The notes beneath the pieces were generated by a model. It searched no databases. It saw nothing but the letters and a program-made list of their open reading frames with translations, and was not told the origin of the DNA. Made by a program: the position numbers and the translations under genes. From Octopus bimaculoides (taxonomy: Eukaryota), in contig NC_068990.1 in the NCBI RefSeq assembly GCF_001194135.2, forward strand, positions 4,005,456 to 4,069,455: DNA of 64,000 nucleotides. The letters are read 5' to 3'. Shown here in pieces: positions 13,500 through 26,831 of the stretch. Each line of letters begins with the position of its first letter. Position 1 is the stretch's first letter.

Positions 13500-14092
13500 T
13501 ATAAGAGATGCCACAACAATATAGCTAGGCTTGTTCATTGGACACTTTCCAACAAGTATGGACTTAACAGAGCAAAAAATTGGTATGACCACAAACCTGA
13601 AGGCATCGTCAAAAATAGAAATGCAAAGGTCCTATGGTATTTTATGATTCAGTGCGACCATGAGATTGAGAATAGGAAGCTGGACATAGTCTTAATTGAG
13701 AAAGGAAACAAACCATGCTGGATCATAGATATAGCATGCCCAACTGACAACAAGGTATGCGATAAGGAAGAAAAAGTCGGGAGATATGACAGGTTAGCTT
13801 GGGGAAGTTAAGCAGGTGTGATCAATGAAAAAGGTGGCAGTAGTACCAATAATTGTCAGAGCCCTGGGAACAGTGAGCAAAAATTTCAAGAAATATGTGG
13901 AACAAATAGGGGCTGCAATAAGGGTGGAGCACTTGCAGAAAGCAGCATTGCTTGGAACTGCTCAAATACTCTTGAAGGTGCTCGAAAAATAAGAGGTGTT
14001 ACCTTAGTTCACTGGTAGTGAACAGCTGACACTGTAGTATATCTCCAGTGTTAGAAGCTGTGCAAAGGCAATAATAATAATAATAATAATAA
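13500..14092 (+). mobile_element. 5'-truncated R4/Dong-like LINE (restriction-like endonuclease C-terminus) with (AAT)n tail
   Basis: Translates as KRCHNNIARLVHW...WYDHKPEG...VLWYFMIQCDHEIENRKLDIV...IIDIACP...KVGRY...VPIIV.ALG...LQKAALLGTA.IL.KVL*, with one frameshift and one stop. The 3' UTR ends in (AAT)n. Confidence 0.85.
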
Positions 14093-14648
14093 ATTCCCTG
14101 ATATAATACCAAGCACTGGATCTCATGGCTTCAGATCTTAACTGATTGGAAGTGTTATCGCATAAGTTTTTTGTCTTGTTATAAAAGATGGGTCACAACA
14201 AATATTCCACTGAACACCATAGATTTGCTTGTCAGTTGTTTGACCTCAACCAGTTGAATATGTCTCTTAGTGGCTGACAATATGTGCATCACTGATCACA
14301 AGCAGAAGTAGTGGGGGAGCATCATAGCCACGTGTTGAGAGGAATTCTTTGGGGTTTGAATAATTCACCTCTGGAAATATGGGTATTTCATTCAACATCC
14401 TTAAACAACCCTTATTCAGGGACCTTTTGAGCAAGATGGGCTACTTGATCTAAAGAAAGTTCTAACTGGAACCCACTTGCAAGGTTATGCACTGTTTATC
14501 TTGATATGAAATCACCAGGCTGCACATATATGGTTGCAATGCATATACCTGGTGTACCCTTATCAGATGAGTAGTCCTGATGGGTATACTGGGCTTCATA
14601 TACTTGTACCCCAGTGTCACTTTGATGGCATGCACTGCTCTCTCACTC

Positions 14649-14687
<39 letters not shown>
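14093..14687 (+). mobile_element. Non-coding dispersed repeat (about 570 bp) with (AAT)n tail, copy 1
   Basis: Collinear with 58274-58720 (shared blocks such as aacaacccttattcagggaccttttgagc and cagtgtcactttgatggcat). No ORF. Confidence 0.8.
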
Positions 14688-14688
<1 letters not shown>

Positions 14689-15082
14689 TAAGCCCCTTCT
14701 GTACTAGGTGAGATGCAATGTAAGTGGAGAGAGATTAAAATTTAAAATATTAAATTAAAATTCTTAGCTAACTTGGGAAAATTGAACTCCTGTAAGTTTA
14801 ATTCTGAGTCTACCAATCAAATAAACACATGGTGAAGTCGTGCAAATTTAACTCAGAGATTTTTACCAATCAAATTTAGAGAGAGACACATAGACAAAAA
14901 TGAGGTATGTATGTGGAGGTGGGGGTAGGGATGAATATAAGTAATTGAGGACATTTTAAGTCATGTTTTTGAATGTATAAGATACTTAGAGTTTAAATCT
15001 ATGCACAATGTTTAACTCTTACAAACTGCCATCATCATATGGTTTCAGATTAAAGATTAGTGTTTATCAAATGCAACAAGAA

Positions 15083-15120
<38 letters not shown>

Positions 15121-15362
15121 CATACATACATACATACATACATAAATATATATATATACACACATGCACACATATGTAAATATATGAGACAAGGGAAGGC
15201 TTGTGTGTGTACATGTATATAGAATTCAAATTACATATTCATAGACATATATATATATATATATATATTTTTTTTTTTTTTCTTTCCTTTTCCAAGCGTC
15301 TCGTAACACAATGTGTATCACGTCCTCATGGTGTTGTTTTTTTGTCTTTTTCCTTTTTTGAA

Positions 15363-15434
<72 letters not shown>

Positions 15435-15981
15435 CCTGATTTTATTCAAATGAATATTACTACTACTACGACTACTACTACTACTACGACTACTACTACT
15501 ACTACTACTACTACAAAGTTCTTTGCACATTATATATGTGTTGTGTATATTACATGTTATTCACATAAGCATCATCATCATTATCATTAACATCACTTTA
15601 TGTCTACATTTCATACTGGCATGGGTCGGACAGGTCACCACAGTCAAAATGAGATGGGCTTTGAGCCTCATTTCACTCGCATTTCACTTTTGGCTTAGCT
15701 CCTATGGCTGGTTGCTCTTCCTAACACCAAACAATTTACAGAGCATACCAGGTGGAAGAACTAGAGAGGTTTCTTGTCCTTCCTTAACAAGACAAAAGGG
15801 TCCCACAATCACAAAATTACAGAGTGTGCTGGTTTGTCGGTTTTTTTTTTCTTTTTCGAAACCAGTACTGGAGAGGTAGCTATGCAACTCAATGCAACTA
15901 AAGGGACTACACAATCTTACAGTTCTGTCCTTTCACCAGCATCTTAACAGCGTGAGAAGCATAAATGACTAAAGCATGAAA

Positions 15982-17090
15982 GGTGCTGCTATGCCAGTCA
16001 TTGGGTATGACTCCATCATGAACTACCTGGTTTACAATACAGGTGACAAGATCATAACCCACACCACCAGATGTTTTAAGCACCTCAGCAGTGATTATTG
16101 ATGGGCCGTGGGCTTTTCCTGGCTTCATACCCTTAATTGCCTTATCTACCAGCGTGCTGTCTATCCAGATAGCTGGTACCTCGACTAGGTCAACATTTGG
16201 CAGGCTCTCCTCCTCCCATTCAATCTCTACATTCAGCAGTCTTTCACAATGGCTTCTCCAAGCCTCTTTCTTTTCCAATCATTAAACGCAATGGCACCGT
16301 CATCCATGCAGACACATTTCTCTCCTGTGACATCACAATTTTCTCTCACACACTGTCTTGCAATCCAAAATATTTCAGTTCTTTGGTCCTCACGTCACTG
16401 GACATTGCCAAACATCTTCTATTCTGCTTCGCCCTTGGCTATGTATACCTGTCACCCAGCCTCCCCCCTTCTGGCTATCTGGTACGGTTCACTGCTACCC
16501 CCACCCTTCCAGGCTTTCCAGGTTTGTTCCTTTGCTCTAATGGCTTTATCTCACTACCATGCAGCATCACAGTTCTAACACAAGCATCTGTCCTTCACTC
16601 TGAGGGAAAGATTTTATTACCTGCAGCAGTAGAAGCTATGCTCCCTTGTAATTTTTCCAGCCTCTTCTTACACTGGATATTATACTTTTGGAGCGACCAC
16701 CTCCCTTGCAAATTATGTCTCCAAGCTAACAGAAGCTATCAACTACCTGTAGTGAGTCATCCAAACATCTACAAGAATCTACTTCTGGTATGCTTATAGT
16801 ATGGACTGTTCTGGTGCATCTGTTACATATGAAGTTTATTATCATGGTTTATCTTCCTGCAATACATTTATACCACTTGTGTGTCAGTAACTTATATTGG
16901 GAACACTGTATGGAGTTTATATGCATGCTTTTCTTGCATGTCAAGAAAGGCTATTTCCCTGAGGATACCAAGGTCCTATTTTCTTTCCTATTTCCAAAAA
17001 CCTTTGTCTTTGCTAAATTTACCTCTAGGCCTCTTGATCTAGATCTAGCATTTATGCCTGGAATTTCCTCATTAATTCTTCTATAGATTC
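15982..17090 (-). mobile_element. Decayed RTE-clade LINE fragment (endonuclease-RT linker)
   Basis: KKEAWRSHCERLLNVE...VDKAIKGMKPGKAHGPSIITAEVLK...VTCIVNQVVHDGVIPNDW matches the pre-RT domain of RTE LINEs. Frameshifted upstream; boundaries approximate. Confidence 0.85.
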
Positions 17091-17223
17091 AGTTATGAGA
17101 ACTAGATTGGCAACATATTGGAGTTCCTGTGAACAGTCAGTCTTAAACTTTTATATATATATATATATATATATAAATATATATATATAGAGAGAGAGAG
17201 AGAGGGGGGGGAGAAAGAGAGAG

Positions 17224-17561
17224 GGGGAGAGAGAGAGGGGGGAGACTGACAGACAGAGAGGACACAGCCTTGTGAGTGGATCTGGTAGACAGAAACTGGA
17301 AGAAGCCCATTGTATATGTGTGTGTGTGTGTGTGTGCACGCATGTATATGTTTGTGTGTCTGTGTTTGTGTCCCTCACCATCACTTGACAACTGATGTTG
17401 GTGCATTTACGTCCCCATAACTTAGCAGTTTGGCAAAAGAGACCGATAGAATAAGTATTAGGCTTACAAAGAATAAGCCCTGGGGTTGATTTCCTCAACT
17501 AAAAGTGGTGCTCCAGCATGGCCACAGTCAAAATTACTGAAACAAGTAAAAGAATAAAAGA

Positions 17562-17562
<1 letters not shown>
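17224..17562 (+). mobile_element. tRNA-derived SINE, family 1 (body ...GAAACTGAAAGAAGCCC, (TG)n core, tail ...ACTGAAACAAGTAAAAGA)
   Basis: The same blocks recur near 988-1395, 20870-21030, 22785-22900, 26960-27030, 31170-31400, 48365-48515, 55335-55530, 56405-56530 and 63310-64000. Confidence 0.85.
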
Positions 17563-17594
<32 letters not shown>

Positions 17595-19084
17595 GTTTGT
17601 GTGTATATATATATATGTTTTTTGTATATATACGGAGAAATAGATAAAGACACTGAGATATACATACATGTAAAATACTATACAGCTATTTAAAAGTTAT
17701 TTCAATATATCTGGTTAGCTGTTTCCATAATGAATTGTAAAGATTCTTTTTATTGACATGTTGCAATCTGTTTTCAGTGTCAGGATTAAACATCTATCAG
17801 TTGTCAACTTCTTTTGCAAACATTCCTCTAAATCCAATAACACTCAGCTTAGAGTTATATATAAAATAATCAAACCACATAAACAAAATATATAAATAAG
17901 AAGCTAGATTGAAATTTTGATATAAAAACAAGTGTCTACACACACACACACACACACACACGCATGAATAATATATCTGGATATTTTAATTTGGGAGATA
18001 GGAAGGCAGAAATGGTGGTTATTGAAAGAGCCTTGAATTTTCCTCATTGTGCTTCCTAAGATAACAATTATTGATGCTTTATTTTTTTTCTAAATATGAT
18101 ATAATATGCTGTTGTTTCTTTGATTAACCAGATAATACAGTGTCTATTTGTATTTTTTCCTAGATATTGTAAAAACATGTAGCTAGCTAAGGAAACATGT
18201 TATCAACAAAGCTGCACCATCAAATGAAAGGCCAAGTCAACTATTGTGGTGTGTCAGCATAGAATATAAAAGAAATACAGTTATATGCTATAGGGTATCA
18301 ACAACAATGACAATAACTGATAATTAATAATATTGACAATTTGTTTTTCTATTGCCTAAGACTTCTCCAAAGATAATGTGTTTCTTAATTGTTTATGTGT
18401 GAATATTTTTATTTGAAAATTTTCTCCATTAAATTATAATTATTATGTTAGGTAAGTAGATATTGTCATATAGAAAGACGCCTAAGGAAATCTCTTGAGA
18501 TTGTTTCTGTAAAGTAGGAAATTGTATAACCAATGCATCTTAGAAAGAACCAACATGCTGGATAAACACAAATGTTGCAACAAAAACAAAAATAGATAGC
18601 AGTCTCCATTGGAACATTAAATAGACATTTAGAAGTAAGGAAGGAGAGAGATAGGTAGGTGGGAAAGTAAGTGTGATTGCATATCTATCAATATTAAACT
18701 AAAACTCAAAGTTTGTTTTCCTACTATTTGATTAAGATGATAAAGATTACAAATAGGATAGTCATTTACCCCTTTAAGAAAAAAAAATCAAGTTGAAAAC
18801 CGACTCTTCAAAAAGTTGTCATCCATCCTTTCCCCTTTTTCTTACTTTCTGTTTTCCTCCCTTAATCATTTATACAACTTTTGTGTGCCATGGACTGAAG
18901 GAGAAATTCTCCCTATATTTCTGAGATATCTTTTGAATCATAGTTACTTGATTTTTTTTTTTTTTTTTTCTTAAAGAGGAAATATACTATCCTATTTAAA
19001 ATAAAATATTAATATTTATCATCTTAATCAAAAGGCAGAAAAACAGATAGACTATCTCTTTATATACAAAGATCAGTTGCAATG

Positions 19085-20000
19085 GAAAAACAAAACAACA
19101 AATGGATTGTACCTTATAATGAAACTCTTTTAAGAGCATTCTAATGCCACTGCAACATTGTAATTGTTGCCTCAGTGAGGTAAATTAAGCACGTCATCAA
19201 ATACATGCTGAAAGGAAAAGATCAAGCTTCTGTTCAAATAAACAATGATAACGAAATTAGTCAGTATCTAATGGGTAGGTATACTGGACCATCCAAAACA
19301 GTTGCATCCATTTTAGGACTTTCAATTCATGAAAGAGCACCTGCAATAGAGAGACTGCAAGTTCATCAACCTGATGAACAAAGAATATTGCTCAGAAATA
19401 GTGAGAAAATATATGGCTGTCAATGAACAACATATGAGAACAACATTGACAGAGTTCTTTTCGTTGTGCATCAGTGATGACTTTGCAAAAACATTACTTT
19501 ATACTGAAGTACCCTGTATTTCATTTGGAGCAGTAGTAACAAAGAATGGCAAAGAAGAAAGTGAGGAAAAAAACTGAAAAGCTTTTTTCAGAGTTATTTA
19601 CTTTGAATTGTTAATATCTTATATCTGATCAACCTGTTATTATGTAACATGCTTCACGATTTTAGTATACATACCTTATTAGTATCTCCTCCTAAGTTCT
19701 ATATACTCTGGGAATGCATTGAAGCCCTTTTCAGGGCTACTTTATTTGAATTCTTACTATCAGGTAACTAATTTCATGTTATTAACATAACTGACTTCAC
19801 AATTTGGGTATTCATAACTTATTGGGAATTCCTAAAACAAGATCCTGTGTAAGACAGTTTGGTATTCTCTGCAAATGCACAAAAACCGTTTTAAGGGCTA
19901 CATACTTTGTATTGTTGTTATTGGATTAGCGAAACAATTATGAGAACGGAACCAAGGGATAAGCCCCGCTTTCCCAGGAATTACCGGGTACATCAGCTAG
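19085..20000 (+). mobile_element. Helitron remnant (Rep-helicase fragment plus 3' terminus)
   Basis: WIVPYN..LL...AHCNI....IKHVIKYMLKGKDQA...NEISQYLMGRY...IHER.PAIERLQVH.PDEQ...TTLTEFF.L...D.FAKTLLY.EVP. The element ends in a GC hairpin remnant then CTAG|T at 19997-20001. Confidence 0.85.
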
Positions 20001-21340
20001 TATATTTATATTTGGGGAAAACAATAAAGAAAATGGAGAAGAAATGGATATGATTAATAATTAATAACAAACAAATAATTTATAAATTATATCCATTTCT
20101 TCTCCATTCTCTTCTTCTTTTCCCCAAAATATTAATAATTTCAATAATCCCAAATGGTTTTCACATTTTATGATACAGGTTAAACCAGTGGAATACCTTG
20201 GATTATATAATCTTTAATGAGGAAATGACTTCTTTGAATTAATCATATATATAATTAGATATAGACTTTTTTAAAGCTTAGTCTCTCAAAAATATGGAAT
20301 ATATGTGAGTGTGTGTGTGTGTGTGTGTGTATGTAGGAGGAAAACAACTAGTTTTAAATCTCTGATTGAGATCTATGTAGTAACAGTACTGCATAGTAAA
20401 TTTTAGTTGCCAACATAATAAATATATATATATATATATTATGTGGTAATGCTTCAACATGTAGAAAAGCACTCAATCAGCTAACAGAGTAAAGATGCCC
20501 ATAAGTCAAAAATAAAAGCACACTCAATATAATAAAGTCGGTATATTTTTTTAATGTCAAAAGGTTATGTACTTCCAGCCAACATGTCTGAAGTGTGGTC
20601 AATATAATCTAGTGGAAATATTCGGTGCTAAGCTAATACTAACAGTATAACCTGTTATGTACCATAACCAATAATATATTTGCTTGACGATATATATATA
20701 TCATCATCCTCCTTTAACGTCCGTTTTCCATGCTAGCATGGGTTGGATGGTTTGAACAGAGTTGGGAAGCTGGTGAGCTGCACCAGGTTTTCAAGGGTGT
20801 ATGCATGTGTGTGTGTGGGGAGGGGTGTACATATATATGTGTGTGTGTGTGTGTTTGTATGTATATATAGGCACAGACATGGCTCTGTGGTAAGAAGCTT
20901 AGTTTCCAGCTGCATGGTTTCGATTTCAGTCCTATTGTGTGACACTTTGGTCAAGTGTCTGCCACTAAAGTCTCAGGATGATCAAAGCCTTCTGAGGCAA
21001 TTTGATAGATGGAAACTGAAAGAAGTCCGTCATTTGTGTGTATATATATATATGTAAATATACATACACGTATGCATGTGTGTGAGTGTGTGTGCATGTG
21101 CACATGCGCATGTGTCATTTAGAAAGTAAAACATTATAGCTAGTCAGAGAGTTGTCATTAGTTTCATACCTATGAAGCACTCAGCAGTATAGGCAATATT
21201 TGGTATGAGTTCTTGTCCCTGAATTATAGAGGGGAAAAACTCTGAAGCTGGGTTGTTTGTTAGTAGTGCAAATGTCGAACTATATATTTATACTTGAATA
21301 TTCATCTGAATATTTTCAATCTTTACTTTCTCTCTGTTTA

Positions 21341-21465
21341 CATGTAGATATGTAGACATGTAGATATGTAGATATGTAGATATGTAGATACATATGTAGA
21401 TACATATGTAGATATGTAGACATGTAGACATGTAGACATGTAGACATGTAGACATGTAGATATGT
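21341..21465. repeat. 8-bp minisatellite (ATGTAGAY)n
   Basis: About 14 units with two ACAT insertions. Confidence 0.93.
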
Positions 21466-22146
21466 ATGTATATCTTGTATATCTAATCTAAGAGGTTTTA
21501 TTTGTTTCTTTGCATCATTATCTCTCCCTCTCTCTCTTTACATATATATATATATATATATTCACACACACAGAGTCTTACTTCGCAAATTGTTTCGCTT
21601 GAAAAATTCAACTTAAGGAATTTGTTTATCACTATTATCAATTCCAGTGAGACTTTTTTATGGCACATGGGTTATGTGCAATTTAATTTACAAATAGACG
21701 CTATGCTCACTACCTCTCAATCAAGATTATTACAAGCAAACAAATATTAAAAAGAGTGTAGTTATCTCCCAAGGAACCTGGTGTTAGTGTCAAAATATTT
21801 TTATTGAATTTTTGTATGTTTTTGTTTGTATATAGTATGGAATATAATTTGATATTTAATATTTGCTTGTCATTTCATAGAATTTTCTGTCAAATTTTAC
21901 AAATGTTTTGCTAATTTTTTAATAAAATGAACAGACGAAATTAACAGTAGTGTCTTGAATTCTTGAATATTTTGTCATTAAATAATATTTTGTATTGCCT
22001 GTCTGGTTGTTAATTCAAGTAAAACCATGGTATGAAAAGAGTAGTGTATAAAAGAAGGGGAGGTATGTGAGAAAAACAATATATATATATATATATGCAT
22101 ATATACAAACAGACAGATAGGTAGATAGATAGATAGATAGATAGGT

Positions 22147-22182
<36 letters not shown>

Positions 22183-23362
22183 CAGACGTTTGTGTCTTTA
22201 CAGGTCTATACTGAGATCAGTCTTTGTAGATTGTATGCATATATCATCATCGTTATTTTAACATACACTACTCCAAGCTTCCATAAGTTGGATGAGATTT
22301 GTTGAGATGGATTTTGTACAGCCAGATGTCCTTCTTGTCACCATCCATCAACTGATGCTATATATAAAGAAAAGCTCCAGTAACATACTGTAAAATGGCT
22401 AACATTAGGAAGTGCATCCAGCCATAGAAGCATTGCCAAAGAAGGCATTGGAGCATGATGCAGTTTTCAGACTCACTGGATCCTGTCAAACCATCCAGCC
22501 TATGCCAGCATGGAACATCATCAACATCATCATCATATAGCATCCGTTTTCCATGTTGGCATGGGTAAGACGGTTTGACTGGAAAGCTACACCAGGCTCA
22601 GTCTGTTTTGGTTTAGTTTCTATGGTTGAATGCTCTTTGTAATGCTAACCATTCAAAAGAGTGTACTGGGTGCCTTTTACATGTCACCAGCACAGGTACA
22701 TTTTCCATGTTGCCAGCATGGGTTGGTAGCTTTTACATGTCACTTGCCCAGATACTTTACATGTTGATGATGATGATGATGATGTTCAATTTCCACTCAC
22801 AAGGCTTTGGTTGGCCAGAGGCTTAGCAGAAGACACTTGCCTAAGGTGACACACAGTAGAACTGAACCCCCAAACCATGTGGTTTGGATGCAAACTTCTT
22901 CAGCAAACTGTAATAGTTGCGCTTATGTATGATATGGTAGACAGCTGAATGACCAGATTATTATGTATGCAGGCAGAAGATATGCATGTAGACAAGCAGG
23001 CAGGCACAAACATTTAGATAGATATGCAATGTATATTAGTGCCTGTGGACAGAGAGTGTTAAACAGAATTATTATTGACTAAATATAGAAAGTCAGTTCT
23101 CTCTTAGCTCAAATTCAATTAGAAAAACAGTTAATGATGGAAGTCTACGGAGAAAATTCACCAGGAAAGGAAAAAAAAAAAGATAACAATAAAATTGTAA
23201 TGGGTCTTTATTGAATATAGAAGAACAGAAGAATTTAATTAACGGTTCTTTTTAATTAAATTAAATTCCTACATTATTCAATTTTATCTATAATATCTAT
23301 GGCCAGCTATTAGTAAAATGTTGATATACATTTGAGATGAATATTCTGAGCATTTAAGTAGG

Positions 23363-23412
<50 letters not shown>

Positions 23413-24312
23413 GCATATGTGTGTGTGCATGTGTGTGCACACGCATGTATACTGGCGGAAACTAGCAGAGATACTTAGTAATGCCCAAGGACTGTATCAA
23501 ATAACTGCATGCAGTAACATACATTCTGTGCATATTACAAACTAGTTGGCAAATAAATAGAATTTTTTGGTGAATTTTCACTGAAGTAAGAATTATAACA
23601 TAACTAGCTGGCCCTGTGCTGTCAAAAACGACAGCTAACTGTAGTATTTTATATATATTAATAAGGTACATAATAATCCCACATACAAACATTTACATAC
23701 ACTCACACAGAGTTGAAACGCTGTTTGATTTTTCTTTTCAGCATTGAATGTTCATTCACACATACAAACATTCACACTTTGCCATCACCCCTTCCTTCCT
23801 TATTCCTCTATCACCCCTTACTTTTTCATTCATATGTTGTGACAGAGAAAAAAACAAGAGTACAAGAGTATCACTATATCACCCTCCCACTTCCATTGCA
23901 CAGACACACATACATACACACAACACACACAAACATTCACAAACCTCCCTTTTTACATACACACACATATACTCACACCGAGTTGAAACACTGTTTGATT
24001 TTTTTTCACCCCTTCCTTCCTTATTCATCTCCCACCCCTTCCCTTGTCATTCATATGTTGTGACGGAGAAAAACACAAGAGTATTATTATAGTAGATTTT
24101 TTTATTTTATTTTATGTTCTATTCAAAGCTTCAGGAGAAACAATATTCTTAGTTTTGCCCTTTGGTGCAATGATGAAAATAGCAGCAAGTCTCCTACTTT
24201 TGAAGTACCAAATGAAAGCTGACCATGTGAAAGTACGGGATCCACCAGATGTCTGTGTGTGTGGGGGGGGGTGCATGTATATTTGAGTGTGTGTGTGTGT
24301 GTGTGTGTGTGG

Positions 24313-24542
24313 TATTTCTTTACTACCCAGAAGGGGCTACACACAGAGGGTCAAACGAGGACAGACAAATGGATTAATTCGATTATATCGACCGCAGTGC
24401 GTAACTGGTACTTCTTTAATCGACCCCGAAAGGATGAAAGGCAAAGTCGACCTCGGCGGAGTTTGAACTCAGAACGTAGTGGCAGATGAAATACCGCTAA
24501 GCATTTCACCCGGCGTGCTAACGTTTCTGCCAGCTCGCAGCC
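24313..24542 (-). mobile_element. Young tRNA-derived SINE, family 2 (GGC.GCGAGCTGGCAGAAACG...GAGTTCAAACTCC...GTCGACTTTGCCTTTCATCC)
   Basis: Pol III A and B boxes and CpGs are intact. Older copies lie near 1535-1710, 27060-27240, 28300-28420, 38860-39010, 45745-45840 and 58030-58250. Confidence 0.9.
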
Positions 24543-26345
24543 TTATGTATGTGTGTGCATGTGCGTGTAGTGTTGCATTTGTGAATTTTCTACCTTAGCT
24601 TTAATCTTTATACTATGTGTATCTAGGGCTTTCGAACAGATGCATTGTATCTCATAAAAGGCAACTGAAAGAACCAGCATCAAGAAGGGCATCTGGGCCA
24701 TAAAACACTTCCTCAAAAAGTTTCATCCAATTTATTCCAGTATGGAAAAATCATAATCAAAAATGATAATGTTGATGATGATAATGATGATGATGATGAT
24801 GATGACGATGATGATGATGATGATGGTGGTGATGATGATGATGATGTGGTGGTGGTGGTGGTGGTGGTAGTGGTGGTGATGGTTAATGAAACATCTGAAA
24901 AATCAATTTGATTTTCCTAATTATGAGAGGATGAAAGGAAAGAAGGTAAAACAAAAACAAACAAAAGAAACTTGATTAAATATATGTTGACTATTTCACA
25001 TGTTGTAAATATTGTTACCATTATTTAATCAGCGCTAAAATAAAAAGCAGCTGCTACATCTACTGTAATAAAGTTTATTAAATATTAAATAATATTTCCA
25101 GCAGCGTACATTGTCTCCTTGAAAACAATGTTGTTGTTGTTGTTCTTATTATTAATGTTTTTAATGCTTTTCTTCTATTCCTTGCAACATCAAGCAGAAC
25201 TGCATGTTCAAAGTGTTGTTGCTGTTGTTGTTGTTATTACTGTTTAGGCCCAGGTCAGACATGACAGAGTAGAAAATGATCATATATTTCCACCCATGAC
25301 CAGCCTGTCCTTCTTATCTCAGACATTAAGCATCAAGGACTATATTTTTAAAATGTGACCCTTCCTTTTCAAAACAGTAGAATATGGTTTAACCCTTCCT
25401 ACACCCAAATACATCTACTTATTCTAAGTTCAAACTACCTAGATCTTGCCTCTCCCACCTACCCAACAATGTTATTCAAAAACTAAACAGTCAGTTCATC
25501 AAAATCTCAAAGATATGAGATTATAGATGATTAACTGAAAATAGCATGAATAAATAAGCATTAATTTGATAAAGAGATTAACAAAGTTTCATTCAGGTAC
25601 TGGTCAACCTAAGACAATAAAAGAAGGCACTTGATCAAAGTGCCACCCAATAGAATTGAACCCAGAATTATGTAGTTAAAAAAAAAACTTCATAACCATG
25701 CAGCTACGATTGTAGTAACAGTCGTGTCTGCACCATGTGTAGATGTAAAACATGTTATGAACTTTCAGTCAAAAATAACTGCAATCCACTAACAAACTAG
25801 GCTAAAGCAAAACGAAAGTAATTAGAAAATAAAATTATTTTTTCAAACCAAAAGTGTCATTGATTTCTAATCTGACACTTAATCATACAGAATTACTATA
25901 ACTGAAAAGTCTTGGAAATTGGAAACCTTAACCTTCAGACCAATGAACCAGAAGCCACTTTTTATCCAAGGATACAAAATGTCTAAATTATATATTTATA
26001 ATTAAAATTCAAACATTCCATCATAATTCTATTTAAAAAAAACTTGTTATATTCCAGACACCAGCTTTATAATCAGAAAGATATTTTACTAAATTCTGCC
26101 AAATTCATGATTATTTTTTTAAATTAAATTAATTAAGATGTATTAACTTTAAAATATTTTCATGACACTATCAATATATAATGATTAACACATACAAGCA
26201 TTCACACCCATCTACATATATACACACATATACATATTTACATATATATACACACACATACACATATATACACATACACGTACATATATATATACACAAA
26301 CATATACATATGTACATATACACACACATTACACACACACACACT

Positions 26346-26378
<33 letters not shown>

Positions 26379-26496
26379 GTGTGTGTGGAGATGTACTTGC
26401 ATAGCAAGCGACTTGATCTGAAATCGTGATTACGGTGTGGAAGATGTTTATAAGTCATGTAAAAACACACAAAAAACCTTTTAGATTCACTTCAAC

Positions 26497-26655
26497 ATTT
26501 AAATTTAATTTGTGCCAAAATATTTTCATCGCTTTGAAGCTGTGACCTGTTCACTGACAAAAATTTGTGCTGCAGCACAGAGCACAAAGTTTTGTCAGTG
26601 AACAGGTCGCAGTTTCAAAGTGCCAAAAATATTTTGGCACAAATTAAATTTAAAT
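26497..26655. repeat. Inverted repeat, 75-bp arms, 9-nt loop
   Basis: Arms 26497-26571 and 26581-26655 are reverse complements with a few mismatches. Confidence 0.92.
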
Positions 26656-26831
26656 AGAAATGATACATTGCTAAACTCCACAGAGAGATTTATGCAGTAG
26701 CAGCATCATTAAGTGATAGTATGTTGTTGACTTAATGTGACAGTCCCATGAAAGGGAAGAATGCTACTGTTATTTAGCTCTAGGAAACACCGTTCCTGTT
26801 GGACAAGCACCTCCACCCAGCAAAGCCAGCA

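Noticed and set aside
9090-21230. Other splice-site-bounded mini-exon candidates on the minus strand (near 21170-21220, 18845-18895, 11300-11325, 10745-10790, 9750-9790, 9115-9130)
   Set aside because: They have in-frame stops in the required phase, weak sites or no EGFR-like content, and cannot be distinguished from chance without RNA data.
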